Shown here one piece after another: positions 13,935 through 29,036 of a DNA stretch of 64,000 nt. This stretch comes from Octopus vulgaris. Its lineage: Eukaryota. Numbering within the stretch: the first letter of the stretch is position 1; every line of letters begins with the position of its first letter. The stretch lies in assembly GCA_951406725.2 (NCBI GenBank), contig OX597822.1, positions 53,258,001-53,322,000 of the forward strand, written 5' to 3'. The notes under the pieces are model-generated. The model worked only from the letters and a program-made list of their open reading frames with translations, had not been told where the DNA came from and searched no databases. The translations under genes were made by a program, and so were the position numbers.

Positions 13935-16900
13935 TAATTATTATAAATCTTCCACTGAGGAGGGATCCGATTTCCAACAAAGATACAAGGCTCCGTCTTA
14001 GGGATGTACTTATCACAAACAAATTAACATTTAGAACTTGAGAAAAGTCTTGCATATATGTACTGTTCCACCCACAGATTGGACTTGTAATGTACGAATC
14101 AGCTGGTCAATTTCTCTGTATGAAAATCCCAGATTATCCAGATTCTCCTTTAAGCATTTACTAACAAAACCTAGTGCTCCAATTATTATTGGTATTAATA
14201 TACATTCATTGTTTGGATATAGAAGCCTGAAAGTTTCGAAGCAGTTGTCCATAAATATTCGCTTTTTCTTTGATTTTCAAAGAGATATTTATATCTGCAG
14301 GGCAGCTAACCTCTATGATGGTACATACCATCAAATCGACAATATCCGATCTATTATACTTACATTTGACAGATCTTTTGATGTGAATATTTCAGGACAG
14401 CCTTTTTTGCGGATGGCATTCTAAATTGTTTTAGCAACAATATCGTGTCTCATAGAGAGGTAGAACTGTGACAACATTTTAGGACAACTGCTAATCACAT
14501 TGCAATGTCTTCCAGAGAAACATAACATAGCCTACACGTGCAGTTGCACCTTGGGATTACAGGAGTGCCACTGTCTCTCTTGTTCAACAGATACTTTGTG
14601 GCAATCTCCTGTTCTTGGATTGCAAACGCCTAGCCTTTGAAGTGTGATGGGATGTAGTGGTCTTGTGACCAAAAGAGGCTGCGCTTCGTATCAATTCTAA
14701 TGTCTTCTTCAAGCTTCCCGGCAACATATCCTTGCATGGTCTTTTTTTTTTGTATACTGAGTACTTTTCATCCAGGTCTTCTCTGAGATAAGAGAGCCCG
14801 GCTATTTTGGGGCAGTACAGGAGATCATCAGGAAGAGAGTATTTCTTGAGGAGTGCATTGCCAACTCGTATAATGTTACTCACTTCGCTTTTCAGGACTG
14901 CATTAATATATTTATGTTTACTGCTGTTGTTCATCAGGTGCTGCCCGAGTGACACCATACGGCATTTGAAAGTCGTCTGCACTGGTCTCAGGCCTCTACC
15001 ACCTTCATTTCTTCTTAGGTAGAGCCTGTCCACAGCACTGTTTCTGTGGAAGTTCCCAGTTGTTGTCAGGATTTTGCGGGTTTTGATATCTATGGAGTGG
15101 ATTTCCTCTACATCCCAAATGTTGGGATCAGCACTGGTACTGCAAATGCATTGTGGGATATTGTTTTGTTGTACGAAGTGAGTTCCGACTCCCATATTTT
15201 CCTAAGTCTGGTGTAATATACTCGGGTAACTCTATTTTTATTCACAGTGCCTTCATATCATACATTTTCGTCTGTGTCGAGGTACTTCTTTGTGTGGAAT
15301 GGGGGAGGTAGAGAGACCGTTGATGCACAGGTTTTGGGTTTGGGGGACTGACTTACCTCGTTCTATAAGCAAATATGAACATTGCTTTTGGCCAAATTCC
15401 ATGCCTATATCAGCTGAAAATGTTGTTATTAATTCCAGTTGTTTTTTGGCATTGTGAACACTTTTAGCATAAATTTTCAGGTTGTCTACAAAGAAATCAT
15501 CAGTTACCTTGATATTTCTGGCAATTGAAGATTCTAGTATGTAACCATTTGTTTTCTGAAGTAGGAACGATAATGGAATCAGTGCCAAAATTAAAAGAAA
15601 TATAGAAAGACTATCTCCCTGGAATATTCCCTTTGTAATGCCTATACTATTAGAAACAATTATTCTGTTCTCAGTTGTAAGTGTAAGAATAGTTGTCCAT
15701 GGCTTTGTGAGTCTCTCTATAGCAGCAATTAAGGTAGTAGGTACCTTTGCCAGATGTAGGCACTTCAACAGCCATGAATGAGGGATAGAATTAAATGCCT
15801 TCTTCTAGTCAAGCCATACTGTCACAAGGTATCTGCGTTTTTTGTTTTTTTTTACTTTAGACAGTACAGCTTTGTTTATTAAAAGTTGTTCGGCACACCC
15901 CCACACTCCCTTCTTTCCCCGAGCCTGTTTATCAGTCACAATGTTGTTCAACTCACAATGTTTCTGGAAGAATTGGTTGAGGCAACTTGTGTACAGTTTG
16001 TACATAATGTTTAGACAAGCAATGGTTTACTGCCATCTCGATGATTTCATTTTTGGCAACAAGATTTGCCCTTGCTGCAGCAAACCAATGTGGTAATCAG
16101 TCTGACATTCCATAGTACTGTCCTTTTGAACACACATGTCAATTGGCTTCTATAAAATGTCAACTTATTGTACTAATATCCAACTATTAGGCTCCTTCCA
16201 GGTGCCTTCCCATTCTACAGTTTACCTACTGCAATAACGAAGGTTTCTGTATCAATTTTGCATGTTGGTGCAGTATTCTCTCAATTATATTTAACCATGA
16301 TGCATTCAGGTTGAAATCCCTCTTTTCGTTTCAAATTTTTGCCCAGAATGATTGTAGATCTTCTTGGGAGGGAGCTTTCTTAATGGTAATATTTTCCTGC
16401 AACATTTTATTGTTGTAGTTAACCATTGGATAAGTCGACGCATGTTGTTGATGCTTTCTTCAAGTTTTGTTTTCCATCTAGTTTGTTTCCGTTTGGTAAT
16501 TTCGTTCCTTTGTTCACTGTAGATTTCTCCTAGGTGTTCTTTAAGAATAATAGCGGCTATGAATATAAGAGTATTAATATTCCAGTAATTAACATCACGT
16601 GATTCCATGTGCTCTCCTGCAATATCGTTGATAACCTTAAACATTAGATCGGTCGGATATTTTCTCACTCGTGTTGGAAATAGTCTGTTGCTCAACGAGA
16701 AAGTAGCAACATTTTTTGCGAATTGTAATTTTAAAATGTTTTTGAGTTGAATGTATTCCGCAGTCTTCGCTACTGAGTCAGCTGAATTTGGAGACACACT
16801 CGAATTTAGAGATGGTGGGAGCGGTGGTTTGTTTACATTATTTTTTACACTGCTTCTGGCACATTTTAACCCATTTTCAGTGTTTTGGGGAGGATCGAGT

Positions 16901-17100
16901 ACCAGTTGATTTGTTTCTTACAACAGATGCTTGTTTTCAGAGCCTGTTTCGCCGTGAAGGTATTTAAGTTGGGATCAGCTTCGTCCCAGTATTATTTTAA
17001 CCGCTTCATGTATCCGATTGTAGGGTCATATCAGGCTTTTTCATTGCACCGAAGCAAACCTTGGCTTAGTTATTGAACCCAAGTAAAATGGGAAAAATAC
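13935..17100 (-). mobile_element. Decayed R4/Dong-clade non-LTR retrotransposon
   Basis: ORF pieces GIFQGDSLS, FVDNLKIYA, DRLYLRRNEGGRGL, CRLC zinc knuckle, PIIIGALG ... CKTFLKF*; short 3'UTR with TAA tail; 5' end abuts a truncated mariner. Confidence 0.9.
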
Positions 17101-17106
17101 TTACGT

Positions 17107-18264
17107 CTGATTTACAGGTGTTTGAACTGAGTCAAGTGTGAAATGGAGTCTGTTGAGTGTCGAGCAGTGATCCGGTTTTTGTATTTGAAAGGACGCACAC
17201 TACGGGAGACTTTTGATGAAATGAAAGTAACTTATTGTGATAATGCCCCATCATATGACCTTGTAAAACGCTGGCATCGTGAATTAAAACATGGTTGGAA
17301 CTCTGTGGAAACAGCTCCCAGATCTGGTCGCCCCCTTCTGTCATTGATGAGGCATCTGTCCGTCAAGTTGAGGCTGCCATTTTGGAAGATCGGCGCATAA
17401 CTATTCGGGAAATAGCCCATGAGGTCAAGATTAGTACCGGGTCTGTGGAAACTATCATTCATGACCATTTGCATATGCAAAAGGTGTCTGCCAGATGGAT
17501 TCCAGCTTGCTCACATCTTTTCAGAAGCAAGAACGCGTCGATTGCTCGAGGATGAATTTGGAGATGTGCCAAGAAGATGAGTCAAAATTTTTCAAAAGAC
17601 TGATTAAACAGGATGAAACCTGGGTCCATCACTATGATCCAGAGTCCAAAGCCCAGTCAATGCAGTGGAAGCACCGTGACTCCCCTCCTCCAAAGAAGGC
17701 AAGGGTGCAGCCCTCCGCTGGCAAGGTCATGCTCACAGTCTTCTGGGACCAGGACGGAGTAGTGATGACAGATTTCCTGGCAAATGGTGCCACAATTACA
17801 GGAGCCTATTATGCTTCACTTTTGAGGAAATTAAAAGAAGCTATCAAAATCAAGAGGCGGGCAAGATCAGCAAAGGCATCCTCCTCCTGCAGGACAACGC
17901 TCTGGTCCACAACTCGCGTGTCGCCAGATCAGAAGCACAGGCGTGCGGCTATGAACTCCTCCCCCATCCCCCTACTCTTCTGACCTTGCACCTTCTGATT
18001 TTCACCTCTTCCCAGCCATGAAGTTGTTTTTGAAAGGAAAGCGTTTCCCAGATGATGCAGCCTTGATTTCTGAAGTCACGTCGTGGTTGGAGGACCAATC
18101 TGGTGTCTTCTACAGAAACGGTCTTCAGAGCTGCATCAAACGATGGGAGAAATGCGTAACTCTGGGTGGTTCCTATGTAGAAAAAGACTAATAACTGTGC
18201 CAAGTTTCGTTGCTCTACTGCTATGGGAAGTGGGTCAGGGGCATTACTTATTGAACGCCCCTCG
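17107..18264 (+). mobile_element. mariner (DD34D, Himar1/irritans-like), left TIR missing, frameshifted
   Basis: QDETWVHHYDPE, SAGKVMLTVFWD and DLAPSDFHLF motifs; right TIR ...TTATTGAACGCCCCTCG|TA; closely similar to 44133-45441. Confidence 0.95.
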
Positions 18265-18746
18265 TATATATATATATATACAAAATCACACATTCCCAGG
18301 CATACATCAGCATATATATGTATGTACATTTGTGTGTGCGTGTGTGCGCTTGCGATGCACTAGTTAACACAATATGAGTATTTCATCGAAGAACAAATAC
18401 TCTCAATGTCCCAGGAGATATAAAACATAGAAGGTGAAATTTATCAAAGATTAAAATAGATAAATAGGTCATAAACATTTTAAATAATATACGCGCAGCC
18501 CTCATAATATACAGACTTCGCTTTCAAGTTTCATTTGCTTCCAGCGTATTAATCACTTTTCCTACACAAGGAGATAAATTCCTTAACATAACGCAGCGTC
18601 GTCTCATCTGAGACTAAATTATACTCTTCACTCCCGGTACTATCACTAGTAACCGAAATGACTTAAAGCAGAAAACAAAAGTTGAAATCGAACTATTATA
18701 CTAAAGCTTACAAAACTTGAGGGACAAAATACTTCATAAAAATATA

Positions 18747-18977
18747 TTTCTTTACTGCCCACAAGGGGCTAAACATAGAGGGGAGAAACAAGGACAGACA
18801 AAGGGATTAAGTCGATTACATCGACCCCAGTTGGAAACTGGTACTTTATTTATCGACCCCGAAAGGATGAAAGGCAAAGTCGATCTCGGCGGAATTTGAA
18901 CTCAGAACGTAACGACAGACGAAATACGGCTACGCATTTCGCCCGGCGTGCTAACGTTTCTGCCAGCTCGCCGCCTT
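18747..18977 (-). mobile_element. tRNA-derived SINE family A (best copy)
   Basis: Head AAGGCGGCGAGCTGGCAG, B-box GAGTTCAAATTCC; degraded copies near 1880-2345, 22935-23145, 25830-26030, 26420-26610, 30570-30720, 40450-40665 and 63475-63650. Confidence 0.85.
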
Positions 18978-19294
18978 AAAAATAAAAATAAAAGACTAAT
19001 TCCATGCATGACCTACTCTGAGGTGAATGCAATACAAGAAGGTACTTGATGAATAAATACTCGACAAGACATTTTAACAAGACTCATATGGCTTCAACAG
19101 CAATCACAACCTTAAAATGTGTAAAACTAACAATAGAAACATATTTATTTTGGATAGGCGTAAATATACTGTTAAAAATTAATGATTTATTAGAGAGCAA
19201 ACATATTTATAATGATCAGGAAAAATATGCTAACCAATTAAGGACTAAATTCGAGTTAATTACGGTGATAATTGATAACTTGGAGTTTATTCTT

Positions 19295-19701
19295 TACTCT
19301 TTTGACAGTTGCCATGATGGAGCACCGGCTTTAGTCGAGCAAATCAACCCCAGGACTCATTCTTTGTAAGCCTAGTACTTATTCTATCGGTCTCTTTGCC
19401 GAACCGCTAAGTTACGGGGGCGTAAACACACCAGCATCGATTGTCAAGCGATTTTGGAGGGGACAAACACAGACACACAAACATATACATATACACATAC
19501 ATATATATATATACATATATAATAAATATTAGGGAATAAATCCAAACTTACAGGGAAAAATCAGATTTAGGATTGAATCCAATTTTATAGTAAAATATTA
19601 TATTATATTAAATTAGAGACAAAACACTATTATAAACAAACAATGAAAGACTTAAGTCTTTCATTGTTTGATTTGCAGGGTTTTGTCTCTAATTTAATAT
19701 A

Positions 19702-19763
<62 letters not shown>

Positions 19764-19919
19764 GTACGACGGGTTTCAGTTTCCGTCTACCAAATCCACT
19801 CACAAGGCTTTGGTCGGCCCGAGGCTATAGTTGAAGACACATGCTCAAGGTGCCACGCAGTGGGACTGAACCATGTGGTTCGTAAGCAAGCTACTCACCA
19901 CACAGCCACGCCTACGCCT
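19295..19919 (-). mobile_element. tRNA-derived SINE family B, interrupted in its central (TA)n by a fold-back element
   Basis: Reverse complement of 61035-61435 in two halves. Confidence 0.85.
19522..19705. mobile_element. Fold-back element in (TA)n, same family as 32407-32722
   Basis: Perfect 34-bp palindrome at 19637-19670 with outer arms 19600-19625 / 19680-19705; shares TATTAGGG...CCAAACTTACAGGGAAAAA with the minus strand of 32640-32722. Confidence 0.7.
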
Positions 19920-20689
19920 GTTTGTTATTTTTTCAGTATCGAAAAGGATTGTTTCCAAGTACAGTAAAAGTACACAAACAAAACAACATTCTCTGTTCTA
20001 TGGTATCACAAATGTTTAACATCTATACATGAAAAGTATTATTATCAAAACATACTGATAATTATTTTGGTTATTTGATATATTTCTCGATATTTCAGTA
20101 AAAGCAAATATAATAGAGTCGACAATTTCACGTCTGCCTTACTTAAATGCGATTGCTAGCTTATTGAACTTTCGGGATGACTCCGACCAATATTATAGTA
20201 TATCATCGTTCTTGTTTATATTTACCTAGTACCTCCGATTTTGCATAAGATAGACATTTGGTTCTCGAATGCTTTAAAATCACTCCTTTTTCAGCAGTAC
20301 AAAATTAGTTCTTATTGTATTTCTCGTATGTATCGATTTTTTATGTAATTTCAGTTTTACCCTATAATTCGAAGCATTTTTCAAAGCAGTTATAGTTGAC
20401 AACCTAAGTCACGTACTGCTCTTTAATACTCTTGAAAGAAGACACATGATAACACAAGCTTATTTAAAATTTGACCCCTTATTTCTATATACTGTTTGAT
20501 AGAATCTCCTTTGTGGTAATTTAAATGCTCAAGTTCTACTTCGCTGATAAGACTTTGGCATTGCGGATTCGAATCATTCTCTCCATACCTATCTGTCTAT
20601 CTCTCACTTCTTCTTCACCCCTTCCATATATATATATTTCACTCCATTGTCTCCCGAGACAAAAAGGATGCCAGCAATATATATATATT

Positions 20690-20768
<79 letters not shown>

Positions 20769-20954
20769 ATATATACATATGTATACCTTTTTTATGTATT
20801 AAATAAATACTTGTTTCAGTCACACTGCGGACATGCTGGATCGCTGCCTTGAATTAGAAGAGTAGAAGACTTGCCGAAGGTACTATGCAGTGGGACTGAA
20901 CCCGGAACCATGTAGTTGGGAAGCAAGCTTCTTACAATAGAGACACGCCTTCAC

Positions 20955-21024
<70 letters not shown>

Positions 21025-22335
21025 TAAATATATATAAATACTACTAATAATAATAATATGACAACGAAAGAATGAATGAGACCTCGATATGATGTAAATA
21101 GACGAATTTATCTATAAATATATCATATCGGACAATCAGTTAGTTGTCATGATAATACTCAGAATTTCAGATGCCAGGTCTAAAACAAAAACGCTATGAA
21201 AAAAATATTGTTGAATAAAGGGTGGTTACTCTAATAGGCATGAAAAGTAAATAAAAGTTAAAGATATGAGATGTTATAAAAATACAACCACGTAAAGATA
21301 TAAATCTTTGTTCATAAAATCTACATATGTACACATGTATGTGTACATACATACACGTAGACACATGTATATGTACATACACACACGTATATACATATGT
21401 ATATATATACTCACATACACATACATATATACATATATACATATATACCTGCACACACATATACATGCATACACGCATACACGTACATACGTACCCATGC
21501 ACGCATTATGCTTATATACACATCTCTACGCGCACACACATACACATATACATATACATGCATATGCTTATACATACATAAAAATATATATGCATATAAA
21601 TATGAAAATACATACACACGTACGTATATATGTATATTTAACTTCATCTTCACATAGAAATAAGTTTACATTTATCTTAGAACTTATATAAATAAAAATA
21701 CTCATATAAAACCGTAAACAATATACATGTATTAACGTTCGTAGCAGGTATATATTCACACACGCCGCATGTATGAATATACATATATACTCACACACAC
21801 GCGCGCGGATAGACAAAACCACGCATACATATGTACAAATATACATACACACACATACGTATAAATGCATTGTAAACATCATCCTCACGTAGATATAAGA
21901 CATTTATACGAATAAAGACACACACAAAACATAAAATGTATACATATTCACATTCGCCGCAAATATGAATATACATATAAATTATATATGTATAAGGGTT
22001 CATATATATACAAATACACCCTCCTGTTTATTAACACACCTACACCTGCAGATATGCAAGCGTATATACATACATATGAAGGAAGGAGACATGAACCTGA
22101 CAGTTACTTTTAAGCAAATGGATACAGTCTTACACTCGTGTAAATACATACATTCGTACACATATACACAAGCACACATATACACATCTGATATATGCTT
22201 ATACATACAAATACATATAAAAATATATAAGAAATGCTAAGCCACATGAAAGGCCTGTACATGCACACAATATAAAAAGCAGGTGACCTCATAAATGATG
22301 GTTTCGTTCATGCAAACTCCATGAATATATATATT

Positions 22336-22436
<101 letters not shown>

Positions 22437-24755
22437 CCGTGAGTATAATCAGATTTAACGCATTTATGTGCACTCGGACATGGGGAGAACTAAAGCAGAG
22501 GAAATAGCACCGGGAAATTATTCTCTCCAAAGACAACTTGCGTGAAAACACATTATTGGGCTATGAACGAGGTCATCGCAACGTAGAGCTCAAGTGTTCC
22601 TTTTTCGTCACGCTTCATCAATTTCAAATACTGAACCAACTGCTCACTGCCTAGAAAGAGCATTTGTTCTTGTATGTTAGAATAGCAAATTCTACATTTA
22701 AGGACATGCACTAATCTATATGTATGAATAATCATATTTAGCACGTTCATGTACACTCAAATGTAGGAAAAGGTTTCTTTGCAGAAATAACCTCAGAAGA
22801 AAATTCTTATCATGAATGAGGTGCGTAAAAACACTCGTTCTTTGCACCGATCCTCACTTCTCCTTTTTATATATATTCATGTAGCCATCTATCTAGGTAT
22901 ATTCGACCTAATATGTGACGTGATAATACTGGATTCAAATTTTGACACATGGCCAGGAAGTTCAGGGGATGAGTTAAGTCGATAAAATCGACTTCAATAC
23001 TCAACTGGTAATTATTTTATCGACTCTGAAGTGATGAAAGGCAAAATCGACCTCGGCGGAATTTGAACTCAAAGCGTAAAGACAGACAGAATGCCGCTAA
23101 GCATTTTTCCCGCTGTGCTAATGATTCTGCCAGCTTGCTGCCTTAGTGACGTGATAATATTAGGAATTGCGAAGTATTGTTCGCAAATAATGAAAAATGT
23201 ATTCTTGAAATTACGCCCTTTAAATAATTTTGTTTTATAGTGGTTGAGCGCTATTTTCAATACACTTTGTTGCATGTGCACTTTCTTCATCTGGCTTGTA
23301 ATAGTTTTTGAAATGTATTTTAAATGTAAATTTTAGTGAGGTGGATTATGATCAATTAGGGATTCACTGTCATCCATTGTGGATTTATTGAAACAGTTTA
23401 AGATCAATGAGGGCTAAATAGTCCTATAGAGTATTGAAGCGTAATAGTTTTTACTAAAAGGCAATTTAAAAATGTAAAAAATATTACACCATTGATAAGG
23501 TTATATTTAAAATTAAATTTAATTTAATTTAAAATTCAAAATATCAAAGAGTTAAAACTAGATTAGAACTTTTAAAAGGATTACGAGAGTGGATATTCAA
23601 ATATAATAATTTAGTATAAAAGTGTTGATTGCTCGGGAATTTGAAAAATTTGAATAATTTATACAAAATGATGGATTTTATCTCGTGTGTTGTGTATGGT
23701 TCAAGTTAATATGGCTATTTGTAGGAAGCCAAAAATGTGGACAAAAAGATATTATTAACCATAATGCAAATTTCTTTCGTGTAACATTAAATTTAAAGAT
23801 TTCTCTATACTGCTCTTACCGCAGCTAAATCATACCCTCAACTATCGTCAGCACCTCTCAAACCACCAACCAAAGCTTTATTAATAACACTAGTATGTTA
23901 TCTGCTATATGATTCGAAACTTTGGAAATACAGTTTTGCCACAAGGGTAACATCAGAATTTATAGTGTTTATACATACAATAGTTATAATCTAACTTTTA
24001 TCAAATATTTTCGGAAGGAAAATATTAATTTCCTTAAAATCAAATTAAACAGTACTTAAAAGGCAACTCCATTACTCATTGCCTGTCGCGAAGCCTAGTA
24101 TATACACTCATACTACACCTCCTGTGTTTACTGTCTCTGTATTTCTCTTTTATTCTACCTTCCCCTCTCTCTCTCTCTCTCCCTGTACGATGTAAAGCGT
24201 GACTAGATATATCATATAACCAACCAACCAGCATTTAAATCGGCTGCTGCAATACAGAGATTGTAGTCAAATCCACGAGTAAAATCTAATAAGCATTTAT
24301 TTATTTACTCCAAACAACTAAATATAATGAAGGTTTTTCTTAAAAAAATTAAAAACTCAATAAATAGAAAACTTGATACAATATGATAAAAGACCTCCTT
24401 TATACTGCAGTAGCAGCTCTAAATGCGGCGATTTTCTTTAATACTGGACATAAGACAGTTTGCTCTACTTCACAAATACTGCAAATACTTTTAACATAAC
24501 CACAATAAAGTTATCATACTCTACCACCCCTAATTTTGAATACATACTTTCCTCTTTCGACATATTCACAGTTAACAAACCTGTAAATTAATATTTAAAA
24601 AACAGATCTCCAACTTCAATATTACTAACAGCTTTCCCCGTTCGAGACAAGCTTCCTAGAAATAGTATCTATCAATACCAAGTAACGACCAATTTCTTTC
24701 AAGCATTTTACATTAGCTTCATGTTTAATGAAAGGACATCCATTGCGGTCATTTA

Positions 24756-24842
<87 letters not shown>

Positions 24843-24875
24843 CGCATGCAGACAGACAGACAGACAGACAGACAG

Positions 24876-24926
<51 letters not shown>

Positions 24927-25657
24927 GAGTGAGGGAGGAAATTCGTTATTAGAGATGGAAGCAGTATTATTTCAAAATAGCATTCTATATATCAAACTTA
25001 ATGTATGTATACGGTAGAAAACTTGGAAACTGCAGTATTCGTCTCAGCAAAGCATCTCTATACATGCATAGTGTTTAAAAACAGGAAATTATATTAGTAT
25101 CGATATTAACCTGTAGGCTGGATAAAAGTTCGTTATTAGCGACAGAAGCAGTAGTAGTGATTCGTTAATCCTTGTTTTTTCCTATAAGTGCAGTCTAAAT
25201 TTGAAGCATAAGTACTATTTAGCATATTTGGCAATCACACCACCACTGTAGACAATTTTCATCTGCTACTCGTATATGTCTGCGATTTTTAACCCTATAC
25301 GTCTATACGAGATGCTTTCTTCAGACCGGTACTGCAATTTTCATTCTTTCTTTGCCGAACTGCTAAGTTCCGGGAACGTAAACACACCATCTCTAGCTGG
25401 CAATCTATGGTGGGGAACAAAAATAGATAAAAGGACATGCACGGGCGCACACGTGTATGCTTATATATATATATATATATATATTTATATTTTTATATCT
25501 ATATATACGACAGGCTTCTTTCATTTTCCGTCTAGGAAATCTATTCACAAGGTTTTGGTCGGCCCGAGGTTATAGTAGAAGGTACCACGTAGTGGGACTG
25601 AACCTGGAACCATGTGATTAGGAAGCAGACTTCTTACCACACAAGTATGCTTGGCTA

Positions 25658-25720
25658 AAATTATGCATAAATATGTACATAAATTATGCATAAATATGTA
25701 CATAAATTATGCATAAATAT
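25658..25720. repeat. 23-bp tandem repeat, about 2.7 copies
   Basis: Unit AAATTATGCATAAATATGTACAT. Confidence 0.9.
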
Positions 25721-28387
25721 TACAATTTGTATTCGTATGAATACCAAATAACAAAAACTAAAATAAGTAACTCAAAACAGCTTATAACGAAGTAAATATT
25801 GTTTATTCATTAATATTAGCTGAGAGAGTATGGTGATCTGGCAGAACTAAAAGCGCGCCGGAAAAAAAGCTTAGCGGCATTTCGTTCGTCTGTAGGTTCT
25901 GAGTTCAAATTCTACCGAGGTCGACTTTTCCTTTCGGAGTCGATAAAATAAGTACCATTCGAACACTGGGGTCGAGGTAATCGACTTACCCGCTCCCCTG
26001 AAACTACCCCCAAGTGCCATAATTTGAAATTAATATTAGCTGAGAGATGTTCTTACTTACAGAGGGGATCTAGTGCTTCAGTTTCCTGTGTCGATTTTGT
26101 TTTCTAAATAATAAGAACTCAAATTGTGAGTATTCGATTCACTCAACTTCAGAAGATTACTTTCAATAACCTTTTCCCGCACCGAGCATGTCAGACGCCA
26201 TGTTTACCAATGTCTTTCTTATCTACTTTCTAGCAATTGACTAATGCTGAGCGATAAAAATCACATTTTCTGTCTAGCCTCCGTCCACTATCTATTATCT
26301 GTTATAATATGCTTTGTCACTTGTCATTGTAATTGGTAAAAAGCAAAAATTTGGTAGGAGATTATTATCGACTAAATCGATGCCAAGCATGACATATTCA
26401 GATGAGTTTGACAAGATAATAATGGTTTCAAATATTGCCAGAAAGACAAAACGTTCGGCTGAGTGGATTAGTCGATTACATTGACCGCAGTGCTCAACTA
26501 GTACTTAATTTATCAACTCCGAAATGAGGAAGGACGAAGTCGGCCCCGGCGGAATTTGAACCCAGAAACGTTAAAAACGGACGAAATGCTGCTAAGTATT
26601 TTGCCCGGCGCTCAATAAGATAATATTAACAAACATATTAGCACAAAAGCTCGAGATAGTGAGTTCTACTTTCAGCCATTTCGATCTTCATTGATATTTG
26701 TCTCATTGTCACCTGAATGATAAAAAACTAAGTCGACCTTATCTAGATTTGAACTCAAAACAATCCTAAATACCACAAGACGTACTGTTCCCAATATCTA
26801 ACGACTCCGCTATTTAGCAACCACATAATAAGTAATTTATAATTAGTAATTTATAACGTATGACACAAAATCTGGGAAGAAGTGAATAAGACGATTCAAT
26901 CAACCCCAGTACTTAACTTCTACTTTCTTTTATCGATACTTCGAACAAGGCATAACTAAAATCTATAGATCTATTCTGAGCAACGCACTCCCTTACGAAA
27001 TCAATTTTATCTTTGCTTTGAAATACTTTTCATCGTTACAATGCATTTTCTCCAGTATCTATGACCCCGAAATTATTATTGAGCAATATAATACAATCTA
27101 ATGCAAAATTAATTTATATTCTCAATCTTGTGTTTGATAATGATAATCTATTTTAAGCTGATACAATGTCAGTTATTGAGTTGGATGGAGTACTATATTG
27201 AAATTAAGACCTATATATTACTGGTTCAAACTTTTACTGGTTCAAACGTTTTCCACACGAAATTATTTCAGTTCGAAGTCTACCCACAAGTCTAGCGTGA
27301 TATATTTCATAGTTGTTGAGCTGCGACACTAGTGCTTGAATAGCAATAAATGACTTAAACTAACAAAGAAAATTGATATATATTTTTCAAATGCTAACAT
27401 CATTCATAAAAACAAATTTTTCTAAAATGTAATCATGAATGTCTGAAAGTGGGTAATAAATATGCATAAGTTTACGTTTTTTTCTATCAACATTATAAAT
27501 ATTTGATATTGGTGCTAGTATACACAGATATCTTCTATTAACATAAGCAATGGTTGTTTACACATACAACCAAGAAATTGTATAGATACAATCACTGTGT
27601 GAATAAGGTATTGAACTAAGTGTTTATGGTTTCTGAACTCAAGTCCATTGAAGGTGTTTCGATCGATGTTGTCGAAGTTGCTGTAAACTATTTAATTCCA
27701 TGTGCCTCATTTCACTAATATCATTCGTATTTGCTACAGATTTTCATACCAAAAGGTCCATAGGGATAATCACCAATTGATGGATATATTTAACTAGGAA
27801 AGATCAAACAATCAGATTTTTTTTTATTCTATTGCAGTAGTTCGGGATCAATAAATATTTATATTTTTACTTTACCAAGCAATCAATTTACATACTTATA
27901 GCAATAAATGTATACTGATTATGAGAAGAAAGTTTTAGCTTGTCTATTTGTAACAAATATCAGAGTACAGCTATACAAAAAGCTTGCTTTGAAGGTGAGA
28001 TATCAATTTAAAACATAGTTGTGAGAGTAAAGATTTCACATTATCACCATATAACCGACTTTGATTTCAAAGATTAATGCCTTGGGTATGTGTATACTAA
28101 ATCATGGGTTGACCGACGCGATGTGTGTTTGACAGATAGAAACTGCGTGGAAGTCCATTGCACGTGTGTCTTTTATCTTGTGCTTGTTTCGGTCATTAGA
28201 CTGCAGTTATACTGGGGCATCCCCTTGAAGGGTTTTAGTCCAATGAATTGACCCTAGTACTTATTTCTAAGTCTAGTACTTATTCTATCGCCGACTTTTG
28301 CCGAACCACTAAGTTACGGGGATGCAACACCGGTTGTCAAATGGTGGTGGGGAACAAACATAGACAGAAATACACACACATATAGAT

Positions 28388-28453
<66 letters not shown>

Positions 28454-28623
28454 ATACGACGGGCTTCTTTCAGTTTCCATCTATCAAATCCACTCACAAG
28501 ACTTTGGGCGTCCTGATGCTATAGCAGAAAACACTTGCGCAAGGTACCAAGCATTATGACTGAACCCGGAACCATGTGTTTGAGAAAGAAGCTTTTTACT
28601 ACACAGTCACGCCTGCGCCTCTG

Positions 28624-28666
<43 letters not shown>

Positions 28667-28804
28667 CGGAGATGTACTCACATAGCAAGTAATTTGATCT
28701 GAGATCGTGTGCTGAAACGAAAACAATTGCAGCGTGAAAGGTGTTTGTAAGCCATTTAAGAAACACACAAAAGCCGTTCGATTCACTTCAACATTTAAGT
28801 TTAA

Positions 28805-28854
28805 TTTGTCAAAATATTTTCGTCGCTAAAATCCGCGACCTGTTCACTGACAAA
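28805..28854 (-). ncRNA. Minimal type I hammerhead, G3-C8 swapped-core variant
   Basis: TTTGTCA-GTGAACA-G-GTCGC(ggatttta)GCGAC-GAAA-ATAT-TT-TGACAAA: 7-bp stem I, 5-bp stem II, palindromic loop III. Confidence 0.75.
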
Positions 28855-28874
28855 AATCCGTGCTGCATCGGATT

Positions 28875-28924
28875 TTTGTCAGAGGACAGGTCGCGGATTT
28901 TAGCGACGAAAATATTTTGACAAA
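28875..28924 (+). ncRNA. Mirror copy of the G3-C8 hammerhead with a mutated core (GAGGACA)
   Basis: Same stems as 28805-28854 with two core substitutions. Confidence 0.6.
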
Positions 28925-29001
28925 TTAAACTTAAATGTTGAAGTGAATCGAACGGCTTTTGTGTGTTTCTTAAATGGCTTACAAACACCTTCCACGCTGC
29001 A

Positions 29002-29036
<35 letters not shown>

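Larger units (their letters stand above)
28723..29006. repeat. Near-perfect long palindrome (~138-bp arms) between (TA)n tracts
   Basis: 28723-28860 is the reverse complement of 28869-29006 with few mismatches. Confidence 0.95.

Noticed and set aside
25658-25720. CRISPR-like repeat
   Set aside because: Contiguous tandem units without spacers, in eukaryotic context.
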